Below, one piece after another: positions 20,294 to 32,468 of a stretch of DNA of 64,000 nt (its first letter is position 1; the number at the start of each line of letters is the position of its first letter). Location: contig CM119268.1 of NCBI GenBank assembly GCA_051294375.1, positions 14,529,396-14,593,395 of the forward strand. The letters run 5' to 3'. The translations under genes were made by a program, and so were the position numbers. A model generated the notes under the pieces. It was not told the origin of the DNA, ran no database searches, and saw only the letters and a list, made by a program, of their open reading frames with translations. The DNA comes from Paraspadella gotoi. Taxonomy: Eukaryota > Animalia > Chaetognatha.

Positions 20294-23111
20294 CTACGCC
20301 TGAGCCTGAGGACTCTGCCACAAGAAAGGAGCGACGACTCCGAACACGCAGACGAGAATTCCGAGGAGAGCAAACGCCTAAAAACATTCTCCAGTAACAT
20401 TATTGTGATTTGATTCTTCTCAACAATAACGAATCATAAATAACTTTAATCCCATAACAAATTATCCTCTCCACCCCATTCTTCTTCAGACTTTTAGATA
20501 TTTTGAATTTTCAATAAATGACTTCTTAACAAGAATGAGGTCTAATATCTAACTAGAAAACTAGGGAAGAAAGTAACTTTTAACCTTGTGTTGTATAGTT
20601 GCTTCCTCTATTTCCAGAAGACAACACTAACATCCCTCTCCCCATTACATTATAAAAGATTATACTTTACATAAAGATAATTAAATCTAATATATAGTGA
20701 TATTTATTAAATTTTTACAGTTATTTTTGAATTTTAATATAAAATTTTAAAGTCTAATATAGTAAAACAAGTATATAATTTACCACAACAAACCGCTAAG
20801 ACTTAAGTCAAGTAAGAGTCTTCTCTTAAAAGAGCTACAAAACAATAAAATAATTTTCAACCCTGACCATTGACTTTTACCATGGAAGCGATTCTGGCGG
20901 CGTGTTCGACGCCGTCGACGCCGAAGCAGACGACGCCGACGACGAGAAGAAAGGCGCTCACCGCGAAGAACTAAATGTCGTGAAAACAAAAACATATAGT
21001 AAATAATAGTAATTACTTATAAAGTCACAACAATTTTTAGCTTTTTGACTTAGTCTCGTCTTTCCTGCTAAGGAAATTAAACGCTGTTTTTTCAATTTTT
21101 TTTTAAATAATCCATATTAAATTTTTAATATATATATTTTTATACTTTTGATATAATTTTTATGTGTCTCACCAGGTAACTTTTCCCCGTGATGTCCGTC
21201 GAATTACAGCAGGTGGCAAGGAGGACGACGACGGAAAGCAAGATGGCGGCCACCAGCACGGCCTCGTAAGCGTGACCTAGACCTGACCGTGTCAAAGTCG
21301 ACGCTTTTAAAATCAATCGTTTGAAGTTTGAAATTTGCAATAAATAATGACGACGCTGTGGCAGCAAGACTTAAAGCGTCCTCAGCCTCGTCTCAATGGC
21401 TGAGCAGGCTAAATCATCTCATTCCATCCGTGCGTCCGGGTTCAATCCCGCGGTATCCCGGTTCTGGCTTAAATGTGACGGTGCGGTATAAACATCCAGT
21501 GACAGGAGGCGGTCACTGAGGGTCCGCAGCCCCTACGCCAGTTGGTGAGAAACCTCGCGCCCGGGTATCACAGGCTATTCTCCCGTTGCCATAAGTGGTG
21601 AGCCCTACTATCGAACACACGCAACCGCTGCGCACCGTGCGCCCGAGCTTACGTCGCTTAGAGTATGCATATCACGCCTATGCCCTACTTCTCTGGTAAC
21701 GCTCCAGACCTCGCTCGCTCGCCCGCTCGCTCTCACTATGGCAATGAGATCAAAACCTTCTCTCAGACATCTCCTCAGGATTGAGGCCCCTGTGGAGAAG
21801 TCTGGTGGGGGGATCCTGTGGCAGCAAGACTTAAAGCTGCCTCACTGCTGTCCGTCCTCAGCCTCGTCTCAATGGCTGAGCAGGCTAAATCATCTCATTC
21901 CATCCGTGCGTCCCGGGTTCAATCCCGGGTATCCCGGTTCTGGCTTAAATGTGACGGTGCCGGTAAAAAACATGCCAGTGACAGGAGGCGGTCACTGAGG
22001 GTCCGCAGCCCCTACGCCAGTTGGTGAGAAACCCCGCGCCCCGGGTATCAACGTCGCCCCGGGTATCACAGGCTATCCTCCCGTTGCCATAACGCTACCT
22101 GATCGATCGATCCTGCCGTGCTGTGGCGGTTGATACTCGTACATTGAGATGGCGAGAATACACGCGATCTGTAGAGTAAAAAAAATGTCACATCAAGTAT
22201 GGCTAATTTAGAATATAAATCTGAAAGCCTTTAACATTTTGTAGCTGTACTAAAGTGTCGTTAGTATTTATTGCCTTTTCATCGCTTTCGTCGAACATCC
22301 TTTTAGTGCAGGTATATGATGCCCTAATGTATCCTTTTTTTTTTTCAAATGTTTTCACATTCATGTCTGTGGAACTCGTTCCCACCAAAAGAATTTACGG
22401 AATTTCTCAATCGGAACGGCGACCGATTTGGATGTTAATTTATATCGTTTTAATTGCATACGGTTAGGCAATTAAACTGAGGGTAAAACGGTCCGCGGGG
22501 AACGCGCTCTGGAGTCGTAAATGTTTTCGGAGCAAATTGCATTTAGTCCACCTATCTTTCATGATTAAGAAACCTTTTTTTTTTTTATGACTAAATTAAG
22601 GGAAAAACGATGAATTAGAATTTCATGCGCATATTTCGTTATAGACAGACCTTCAGTTAGTCTTAGTAAATTTTAAAAAAAACCTAAAAGTTAAATTTGA
22701 TCTTTTCGGCGCATTCTCGTTCCGATCTCACTCAATCACTGCGACGACGCTGAAGCGCTGAGGTCGAATCTTTCTTCTCTACTCAATCGCTTCATATTTG
22801 CTTTCTTCTCTCTGACGAGTTTAACTTCGGAAGAAAAAGGATTTTGAACTTCGCTTTTTTTAGCCCCAAAATTTACTTCTTTTTTTTTTTCTTCGCCCAA
22901 AATTGTTGAAAATGTTTTAATACTTCTTAGTATCTCGCGCATTTATCTAATAATTACAGTTTAATTTCAAATTTTAATAAATACAGTAAGTGCTAATGAA
23001 AAAAAAAACATTCTTTCCAAAATGAAAAGTGGAAACCCATAAATATTATTAATCCGTTACCATGACGACGATGGAGATAATGGACATGATGCTGATGCGA
23101 ATCGTCGCCAT
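20294..23111 (-). CDS. Small four-TM membrane protein, paralog 3 (about 134 aa, 5 exons; extra intron splits exon 2)
   Basis: Exons 23111-23061 (MATIRISIMSIISIVVM), 22168-22099 (IACILAISMYEYQPPQHGRIDRS), 21282-21173 (GLGHAYEAVLVAAILLSVVVLLATCCNSTDITGKSYL; alternative in-frame AG 6 nt downstream), 20970-20881 (FFAVSAFLLVVGVVCFGVDGVEHAARIASM), 20377-20294 (AFALLGILVCVFGVVAPFLWQSPQAQA*). Confidence 0.83.
21464..21541 (+). ncRNA. Twister ribozyme (type P5 permutation) in the 5' LTR of element A; degenerate copy
   Basis: CTGGC-TTAA-ATGT-GA-CGG-TGCGGTA-TAA-ACAT-C-CAGTGAC..GTCACTG-AGGG-TCCGCAGC-CCCT-AC-GCCAG. The G of the GC pseudoknot dinucleotide and one P1 base are missing relative to the other LTR. 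Confidence 0.65.
21873..21926 (+). promoter_or_regulatory. Candidate Pol III type-2 internal promoter (A and B boxes) in the LTR of element A
   Basis: TGGCTGAGCAGG (A-box-like) about 43 nt upstream of GGTTCAATCCC (B-box-like). The same pair occurs in the 5' LTR at 21397 and 21439. Confidence 0.5.
21940..22020 (+). ncRNA. Twister ribozyme (type P5 permutation) in the 3' LTR of element A
   Basis: P5 CTGGC/GCCAG; P2 ATGT/ACAT; GA-CGG pairs with CCG of loop L4 (TCCGCAGC); GC after P2 pairs with GC of L4; P3 CAGTGAC/GTCACTG; P4 AGGG/CCCT. The UAA site reads as an A-run here. Confidence 0.7.
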
Positions 23112-23243
23112 GATGCGGTCGTTGCTGGGGCTGTGATTGTGATCGATGATGTTGAGATCCCTCGAGGCGTTATTTTAGAATTCGCGTTTATTTTTCTTTA
23201 ATTCGATCTTCCCTTGAAAGAAGCTGGTGTCAAAATCCGAGAT

Positions 23244-23244
<1 letters not shown>

Positions 23245-23297
<53 letters not shown>

Positions 23298-23464
23298 TCT
23301 TTCATTTTTTCACTCTGTCGCTGCGTTTGAAAGTTTTTTTAAATCTAAAAAAGTAAACTCCAGTGTGACTGAGAGAAGAAGAAAGGAAAAGGAAACAGCA
23401 TGTGAAAGAGAGAGAGAGAGAGAGATAGAGAGAGAGAAGAGAGAGAGAGGAGAGAAGAGAGAGA

Positions 23465-23519
<55 letters not shown>

Positions 23520-23735
23520 AAAAGAGAGAGAGAGAGACGAGAGAGAGAGAGTGAGTGAGGAAAAAAGGGAGAGAGAGAGAGAGAGAGGAGAGAAGAGAGA
23601 GTCACAGAGAAAAAAAAATATATAGAGAGAAAGATAAAAAAGAGAGAGAAAGAGAGATGTATCGAGAGTGAGAGAGAGAGAAGAGAAAAAGGAGAGAAGA
23701 GGAGAGAGAGAGAGAGAGAGAGAGAAAGAAAGAGA
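23245..23735. repeat. (CT)n followed by compound (AG)n purine-rich low-complexity region
   Basis: Direct inspection. Confidence 0.9.
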
Positions 23736-25171
23736 AATATTGAAAGATTTGTCAGCCAAGAAAAAACAAGCTCGCCTGAAATGTAACATTAAAGAAAAAG
23801 AACAAATTTTACTCTGAAAAAAAAAACGGATGAGAAAAAAAAAGTGGTGAGAAAAAGAAAGAGAAAAAGAAAGACTAAAAGAAAACACAAAAGAAAGAAA
23901 ATTAAAGATAAAAGGGGCGAGCTTTTAAATCAAGATACCAAATGCATTCCATTCTTTTAGCTCTCTCGATAAATGTCGAGAAAGAGAGATAGAGCGAGAG
24001 AGAGTATACGAGAGAGAGTCACCTTGTGCGCCTCACCGTCAGAAAGAAAGTTTTATTGCTTCACGAATTGTTTTGTTTCTTCGTGAAAACTCACGGAGAT
24101 GACGAAGTCGAGTGAAAGGGAAGTAGAAAAAAGAGCGAATTGGGGATGAAAGAGCGAATCGAGACAGAAAAAAGACAGAAAAATACAAAGATAGATATAA
24201 AAAATAAATAAGGAAAGACAGAAAGAAAGAGAGATAGAAAAAAGAAAGGAAAAATAGAAAGACAGAAAGAGAGAAAAAGAGAAAAGAAAGGAAGCAGAAA
24301 GAGAGGAAGGAAAACAAACAAACAAACAAAGAAACTGGATATTAAACGGACAGATGGGATCTGAAAATATCTTACCGAGAAAAAAAAAGAGAGTTTTTCT
24401 TTTTATTTAGGTTTAATTACGAACTCCGTTGCGTGTGGATTTGAGGTGGAAGTTTAAAAGCGCGCGAAAACGTTTGAAATCTCCGATGTTTCGAAATGCG
24501 ACCGATAGACGTCACTAGGGACGCGACGAAGCATCTGTTGGTCCGGAGAACGAGGCGGACTAACGATCAGCGTTTAAGAGGATCTCACGTAAGCGGATTG
24601 ACTTTTTAAGTCAATCTTCGTTTCTCAGTTTAAAGGGAGATGTTCTTAAAGAGTAACTTGGACCAACGGTAAACACGGAATCCTTCAGAAAAAAAAAAAG
24701 TCGGTAGGTTTTTTTCTGGAGCAAAAAGGTTTTTTTCTGGAGCTAAAACGGATACTTCGACGTCGAGGTACGAAAAGTAACATAATTGTAATCAAAAGGT
24801 AAAATTTTTATTAAATGTTTTCGAATCGTTATTTTAAAACACTCGGTGTCAAAATCATCAGATCTAGCTTTTCAGTTCTTCCGTTAGCTTCTCACTATCT
24901 AAACTCTAAAGACAAAGTCAAGAAAATTTTTAATTTTTTTTTTATTTACAATAGTAAAAATGAATAATCACCAAACACGCACCATTTGTATTTTACAGAA
25001 ATGAGCTTTGAGGAATGCAAAATTTTAAAACAAGACTAGAAAACTGATAAAAGAGAAGATTTACGCGTCAATTTAGCAATAATAATAAAAAAAACTTTTG
25101 AAGCAGAATCGCCCATTTTTTTGTTTTATTTTTCACTTCACACGACAATTATTGGGTTTTTCACAACGTCT

Positions 25172-27174
25172 TTATTTACAGACGAAAGGGGCGAGAGTCC
25201 CGGCGAGCGCAGCGATGAAGGCGATGCCGGCGAAAACCTGAAAACAAAAACAAAAGAAAAAGCATTTAGTTTCACTCGGCTACTTACGGAGCCTCGTTTC
25301 GACATTCATGATTTCATCACCAATCAGCTGAAAAACCAAAATTATCATTTTTCGTTCATCCCTGTTCATTCGTTCAACGTTCATTCCTGTTTGCGTTTTA
25401 ATCGACTCGATCCCAAATTATAAGAACAAAAAAAAATGAAGATTGAAAACAAAACAAAAGAGACGTTGCAATTGTGGTCGTGATTTAATTGGACGGTATG
25501 ACTGTCCGTGTTGAACTAGATATGTTAAGCTATTAAAGATTTTGATGTCCTGAAATGACTGTTAATATCTTTTAACTCATTAACATTTAAACAAAATAAA
25601 AAAAATTAAAACAACAATTAAAACATAAATTTGATTGCCTTGCCGCTCGAGGGAATCGAGGTTTGTGCTAATACCACCAATGATTTGTAACCGGATTTAC
25701 AAGATTAATGCGGCACCGCAGACATTTTGTTCAAAAGGCACGCACGATCCGAAGCAATCGCTCACGCAGCAGAAATCAGCAGTATGCAGCAGCACGTGGC
25801 AGCAACCAGCATTCGGCACGCTCTCTTGAGTGCAGCGACTCACGCAAGAGGCGATGAAGTAGTTCATCTTTTCTTGCAATGCATCCTTCACGGACTGCAT
25901 TGTCTGGGCGTCGATAATATTGGCGAGATCGTCCAGGACGAGAGCGAACAGGATGATTCCGATGATGAGAAGGATCGTCGATAACGCGTAGATCTTGAAA
26001 TGAGAAGCGGGAAGGGACGGAATAAATTAGGTTAGAATTGAATCGTTCGTAAATGAATCGAAAAAAAATGAGAGAGAAAGATCCGAGAGGAGAGAAAGTT
26101 GCAAGACACCCATTAACAGAGTGGCTTTTGCGGCTTACTTATTGGAACTTAGAAACAGGACTAAAAAATGCTTCCGGCCCATTACTATTTTGTAAAAAAA
26201 TAGATAAGAAAAGGGAAAATATAAAAAGAAAAAGAAAGAAAGAGAAGAAAAAAAAGGAAAAAAATTTAAAAAATTTAGAAAAAATACAAAAATAAAAAAT
26301 TAAAAGTAAAGAAATAAGAGAAAACTTAAAAAAAAGAAGAAAAAAAAGAAAAAGGAAATAGAGGAAATAAGAAAAAAAAGCCAAAAAAAAGACAAAAAGG
26401 AAAAAAAGAGAAAAAAGGAAAAAAAGAAAAAAAAAGAAAAAATAAAAAAAGAGAAAAAGAAAAGAAGAAAAAAATGATAAAAAATATGATAATAAGAAAA
26501 TAAGAAAAAAGGAAAAAAAAAAGAAGAAAAGAAAAAAGAAAAGAATGTAAATTGAAGGGGCAAGATTAATTTAAACGACGAGGTAATTGATTTAGAAGTT
26601 TACTTTAGTCATAGAGAACTTTTTCTGTTGATATTTTTTTAAACTCATTTGTTTTTCCTGTTATATCTTCTTCACCATCTCCATTTCACACTTCACCAAC
26701 TATTTCCCCCACCGATTCTTCCTCCTTCGAACTCCCGACCCCCCACCACAGCCGTACCAGGAACGTCTTCCCCGTGACGGCCTCCATGTCCCTGCAGGTG
26801 ACGACGAGTACGACCAACGCCAGAATAATGGCGATGATGACGAAAGCCTCGTATGTGTTGGCGTAGTCGCCGCGTTTGTCGCCAGGGGGTGCGGCTTCGT
26901 AGACCGCCACCGAGACGATGCCCGCCACCTGGAGTTAAGTTGGGAGGGGGACAGAGTGGGCGTGGCAACGTTTATTCTCGGAAATGACGAAAACGGAAAC
27001 TTTCATGGGAGCCAAAATCATTGGCGAATGGCTCCAGGTGGTATTTCCGCGTTTTTAAAAGGGATTATACTGTAAAATAAGACTTGAGAAAGATCGCGCC
27101 CAAAGCTGATTGTCAACTCTCACCATAATGATGACGGCAATGATGCTCATCACATTAATCTTCAATGTCGCCAT
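25172..27174 (-). CDS. Small four-TM membrane protein, paralog 4 (145 aa, 4 exons)
   Basis: Exons 27174-27124 (MATLKINVMSIIAVIIM), 26928-26758 (VAGIVSVAVYEAAPP...TYEAFVIIAIILALVVLVVTCRDMEAVTGKTFL), 25993-25844 (IYALSTILLIIGIILFALVLDD...YFIASC), 25237-25172 (VFAGIAFIAALAGTLAPFVCK*). Confidence 0.88.
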
Positions 27175-29645
27175 TTTTTCGTCGTTGTTGTTGTTGTAGT
27201 CGAAAGTTTTTTTTAATGATATTGGAGTTCGTAAATCCGAACCGAAGCGATGTAAGTCCAGACAGGAATTCTGAAAGGAGATATGGGCGTTATAGATTTT
27301 AAAGAAATACAATTTCAGATTTTTATCCAAGCGATTCGTTGAGAGAAAGAATTTCGTGTGTTAGGTCGTTTTATTTTGTATTTTTTGCTTTGAATTTTTT
27401 TTTATTTGTTGAGATGTCGATTTTTTGCTGTTTTGTGGCGTTTTCCGTTTGAAACTAACCATCAAATCAAAAAGGATAAAATCTTCCTCCCGAAAAAAAA
27501 AATATGAAATTAAGAAAAAAGGTTGGCTTTAAAAAAAAAATTAAAAAAAGGAAGAAAAAAAAAGATTCCAAAACTGAAATGGAAGGTCGACGTCGAATCC
27601 ACAAGCCGAGTTCTGGGTGAGTTCTGGGTGAGTTGTTATCAGAGTTGAGAACGAAAGAGAAGGCGAAGCCACGAAAGAGAGTGAAAGTGAAAAGAGGGAA
27701 GGCAGCGGTGGAATAAGCTTCTTTTTTTTCCCTCACTTTTTCATTTTTTTTTGGGTTCGACAAAGTTGGATTCTAAGGCGCGCCACCGACGCGAAGTGAG
27801 ACACGAGTTCAATCCGCCGGGCTCGAGGTCGTAACCGCCCGGTTAAATACAGGGTGAGAGAAAGAAAGTCTTAGAGGTTCTGCGGATTTTCATGGAGGAT
27901 TTGGACTTTTGAAAAAAAACAAAAAAAGTTTCGACGGATTGAATCCCGGGATTTCTGAATCTCGAGTAAAATAAACATCCCATGGAGATTGGAGAAGGCC
28001 GAGGAAATTCGAGTGAATCTTGAGATTTAATCTACGTCTGACTTTTTTTTTATTTATATCGCATTTTGTTGCGTACAATTATATTTCTTTGACAAAATAA
28101 AGCCGAAATTTAAAATTAAGAACTTGTCAAGGTGGAATCTAGAAGTATTAATCGTAATCTCTACGACAAGAACACGTTACAAAAACTTTTCCAGCTCCGT
28201 CCTATTAAAAATATATGGCTGTCAAAAAGTGCAGCGTCGCTCTGTTGAGCTAACGCAAGATTTCAATTAAAGAGAGCAAACAGACTTAAAAAATATATAA
28301 ATCCTTTAATATTAACTCGAAAGCCTAGGCAATGAAACTGCTCGATATCAGTATATAAAATTAGTTTTAATTTTAATTCTCTCTCTGTTAAAATTGATCG
28401 CAACGATCTAAGTTATCATATACAATTTTTTTTTTAAAGTTGTAAGTTTAAAAAATGACTTACAACTAGAATAAGAAATAAATGAAAATAAATAAACTTT
28501 AAAATTAACTTTAAAAAAATCAAGAAGTTTCCCTTCCCATTATTTGACATGTCACCGAGGAATTTGTCTCATAAAATTTAATTATTGATATTTTAGGCTA
28601 AAGCATTTTTTTTTCTAAAAAATTTTGAGGGCATTTTACGCGGGTGATAAGGCAGACTAAGAAGTAAAGCAAATAATAACGCCACTTCGAAAAAAAATCC
28701 AAGTCTCAACGACACTTGGGAATTTGAAAAAGGTATGGGAAAGAGTCAACGATTGCAAATTTATAAAAATACTTTAATCGTTTATTGCCTACATTTGTAC
28801 ATTTAGTTTTCGACGAACCTTCCATGTAGCAACAGTACTTTTGTTTCTGATGTTACCATGACATCTTTGATTTTGAGGAAGAGAAACATTATGTTTCCAG
28901 CGGTATCGTTTGCTTTTTCCCGAACCTACTAAAAGAAATCAATAAAGCGCAAATATAGTTATTACTTTACAGGGAAACATACATTCGCGAATCTGTGGGA
29001 GAAGAGCCTCGTGGCGAGTCGGCTAATCCAATATCCACCACTTACGAAGTCTTAAGCAGTTTATAACAGAAAAAATATATATACTTGGTTATTTTTATAT
29101 TTAAATATTTATTGACAAAAATATTCTTTTAGGCGACTATAGAAAATTACTATTTAAGTAAAACACCAGATATTCTCATTAAAATTAATAACGCTTAATT
29201 TATTTTAACCAAATTTAAAAATCTGAGTGTCACTTGGCGCTCGTCTTTCGTCCTTCGTCTCTTAATTGAATAAAGAAGTTCAATATTTTTACATTTTTTT
29301 CAACTAATTGAGATTAAAAATATATGAAGTCTAGAAATAATAAGCTCAGCGTTTAGCATCCCAAATATCTAAGACTCAAAAACTTTACATAGCTCACCAT
29401 AAGCGCTATTTTTTGTCTTCAAAGAATTCTGATCAAAAAAAGAAAACTTTTTAATACAATTGTTAAGATTCTTAGAATTTCGAATATGACACCTTACTTT
29501 AGTCAAATTCTAAAATTGGCGGTGAACTTTCTTGAATATTTGATAGAACGATCAAAATAACGCATGACAAAGCGCTGATTTAACGGGCCTTGTGGTCTTG
29601 ATATCACCGCGTTAATAAACTAATTCCCCTATTACAATTGATTTA

Positions 29646-30644
29646 ATTATCTCGCCTGACGGGTAAAGCCCGTCTTGGCGAGATAAAGCGAAGGCCAGGC
29701 TTCTTTGTCGTCGTCGGACAGCACCCATTTTCATCGCCTTCTTTGTCGTCCTCTTCGTCTTCTTCATCGTCATTTTCATCTTCGTCATCGTCTTCGACAT
29801 CGTTGTCGTCATTTTCTTGATTTTCGTCGTCGTCATCGTGGTCTTTTCGTCGTTTTCTTCGTCGTCTTCTTCGTCGTCGTCAATTTCGTCATCGTTTTCG
29901 TCGTCTTCTTTGTCGTCTGTTTTGTCTTCCTCTTCGTAGTCATTTTCGTCATCTTCATCGTCATTTTCGTCGTCATCTATGCCATCGTTTTAATCGTTTT
30001 CTTCCTTGTTGTTGTCGTCGGTTTTCTTCTACCAATCAATCAATCAGAAAGAGAGAGAAAGAAAGAGAGAGAGAGAGACGAGACGCATTATTAGGTAACT
30101 CTCGTTTATATTGGTTATCCGTTACCTCGAAACGGCGGCTTGATCTCGGTCAAGTTGATTTTTTTTATATACGTAACGTTTCCGTTCCCATCGAAACACG
30201 TTATTAGGTCATGTTCCTCGACATTGTTTACTCGTTGCCCCTCAACGGCCAAGAAATCCAGGTCAAGTAAGTTACTTTTCACATTTTCTAAAAAGAATCT
30301 CAGATGTAAATTTGGGATTTTGTATTGGGCAGTGATTTTAATCGAGGAATTCAGCAAAAAAACCACTTTTTGCAATATTGCAAGAATCAACAAAATTGAT
30401 TAATTTTGAACCTTAAGACAGTGGGCTCGATTACGGATTAATTTAAATCATCTGCTGCATGATCGCACACTTTTATAAAAATTCATAGTTTTTTTATTTA
30501 AAAAAAACTAAGTCCCAGCCAAAACTATAAAAGCGTAGTAGTTTTTATATAAAAAAGCGTGACGCCGACGACGACGACGTCACAAAAAAGCCTGGCCTTC
30601 GCTTTATCTCGCCAAGACGGGCTTTACCCGTCAGGCGAGATAAT
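29646..30644. mobile_element. Pair of inverted Helentron/DINE-1-like element ends
   Basis: A 57-bp perfect inverted repeat (29646-29702 vs 30588-30644). Each arm contains the hairpin TTATCTCGCC-T-GACGGG-TAAAG-CCCGTC-TT-GGCGAGATAA followed by a (GTC)n tract. Confidence 0.55.
29705..30020. repeat. Degenerate (TCG/TCT/TCA)n trinucleotide tract
   Basis: Direct inspection; it extends from the left Helentron-like end. Confidence 0.8.
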
Positions 30645-31018
30645 ATTTCTGCTAAATATGTCAAATATCTATCTATATCTATTTGGGATTTACACAAAAT
30701 ACTAAAATTCAGGTATTCAGTTCAAAAGCACGATCTATTGTTAGCAACTTGTCACCTAATTAAGTTTTAACTGCCTACAGAAATATACAACTTTAAAAAG
30801 CATATGAAAATACATATATTTTCGAAACAATTGAGTTCAACCAAAATGGCGACCTAATCAAAACATTGTAGAGACGGTCTTAAATATGACTCATATTTAT
30901 AGGGGAACTTCTTTGTATCAACGAACTCTCAAAATTTTCAAAAGTTTATTTACAAAGTTTAGCAAATAAATTAGGTTTTTCTTGTCTTTAAAACGTTTTG
31001 TCTTTTCAACTTCCTAAT

Positions 31019-32127
31019 TTATTCATCGCAACATTCATTTTTCTGAGAATCAAATAATTCCATCGCAAACTTGAGTTTATCAGTCACGTGAGTAAAAAGG
31101 TGATGCTTAATTTTAATTCCCCATGGAGTAAAAAATTTGCAATGTGCACATTCAAATATTCGACCAAGCGGACTTCGATGACAAGTATTCATTTTCTTTA
31201 GCGTTAACGAACGATTGCCAACCAACGCGCGAGTTACTTGAGATTTTTCGTAATCTATCGTAGATGGGGCGTCCATTTCGTGTGATTCAAAGTTAGTCAA
31301 ATCCTGAGCACCTTTGTTATTCGTGGATGCGCGATGACGCACTAATTTTTTCGGTCGATGTTTAGCTTGATGATTAAGAAAACGTATTCTGTGGTTACTT
31401 TCGTAGTCACAAAAATTACATTTGTGAATAATGTTTGAATGGGTGTATCGGTGTGACATCAGCTTACATTTTGTGTTGGTAGAAAAATCGCAAGTTTCAC
31501 AAAAATATTTTGGTTCTGTTGCATGGGAATCTTTGTGCATTTGCAAGGTATAAGAAGTTTTAGAAACGTAATTACAAATTGTACAAGAAAAGTCTCTCGC
31601 CGCTTTCTTACGCCGTAGTAATTCAATTCTCTCAATTTTTTCTTTTTCATATTCTGATTTATGCATTCTCATCTTGTGCCGATTCAACCAGGGTTTGATT
31701 TTGGCTACATAATGGCAATATTCGCACTTGTAAGTTTTGTTAGAATGCGTCCAGGTTTTATGTTGATACATACGAATATGGTTCATTGCCGTGTAACCAC
31801 AAATGTCGCACTGTCAATACAAAAATAAAAATTTGTAATAATGAATTAATATGGAGTATCACTCATGCTACAATACAAAACTACTCCATCGTTTCTTACC
31901 ACGTAAGTTTGATTGTCATGCCAATACTTAATGTGCCTCCGTAATAAATAACTTCGGTGGGAGGAGAATTCACATTTTTCACACTTAAAAGGTTTTTCAA
32001 TTTGGTTCCTTGGACTAATTGATTGTTCCTCAGACATCACCGATGGAGGACACTGTGTTTTAAACACATTTATTTCGTCAGTCTTGTCATTTTCCAAGTT
32101 GACAGATTTCCTTTCGCTATTTTCCAT
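31019..32127 (-). CDS. C2H2 zinc-finger protein (about 339 aa, 2 exons)
   Basis: Exon 32127-31900 (MENSERK...FKCEKCEFSSHRSYLLRRHIKYWH..YV) splices in phase 0 to 31810-31019 (CDICGYTAMNHIRMYQHKTWTH...). Several CxxC-x12-HxxxH fingers. Confidence 0.88.
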
Positions 32128-32468
32128 TTTGCTACAAAAAAAATAAAAATAGAAAATGGTGAAACAAGCAATTTTCAAATTTTCATAGAAATTTCATAGT
32201 AGTAACATGATTACTAAAACTTGATAAATGAAATGCTTTTTGAACATGCAGAACTAGTTGTAAGAATAAAATCATAAACATAAAAGTTTGAAAACAAAAA
32301 AATTTTGAAAAACTGAACTGCATGTTATAAATTTGAATAAAATAGAAAAAAAAATCAGACAAAAAAAACAAAGCATAATTCTAGTACTAAACCTGGCAAA
32401 AAATACTAGTTTATGACAGTTTTATTACAATATTACAGTTTAAGGATAAAATCAAGAAAACTTTTTAA

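Larger units (their letters stand above)
21357..22091 (+). mobile_element. Non-autonomous mini LTR retrotransposon (TRIM / retrozyme-like), subfamily A, inside an intron of paralog 3
   Basis: Direct LTRs 21357-21593 and 21817-22091 with TGTGGC...GCCATA termini. TSD ACGC at 21353-21356 and 22092-22095. PBS TGGTGAGCCC starts at 21596. A G-rich tract ending GGGGATCC precedes the 3' LTR. No protein-coding similarity seen. Confidence 0.9.

Noticed and set aside
21283-22098. Idea that the LTR element itself created the extra intron
   Set aside because: The element's own TSD (ACGC) lies inside the intron; a 77-bp intron with both splice sites remains after removing it.
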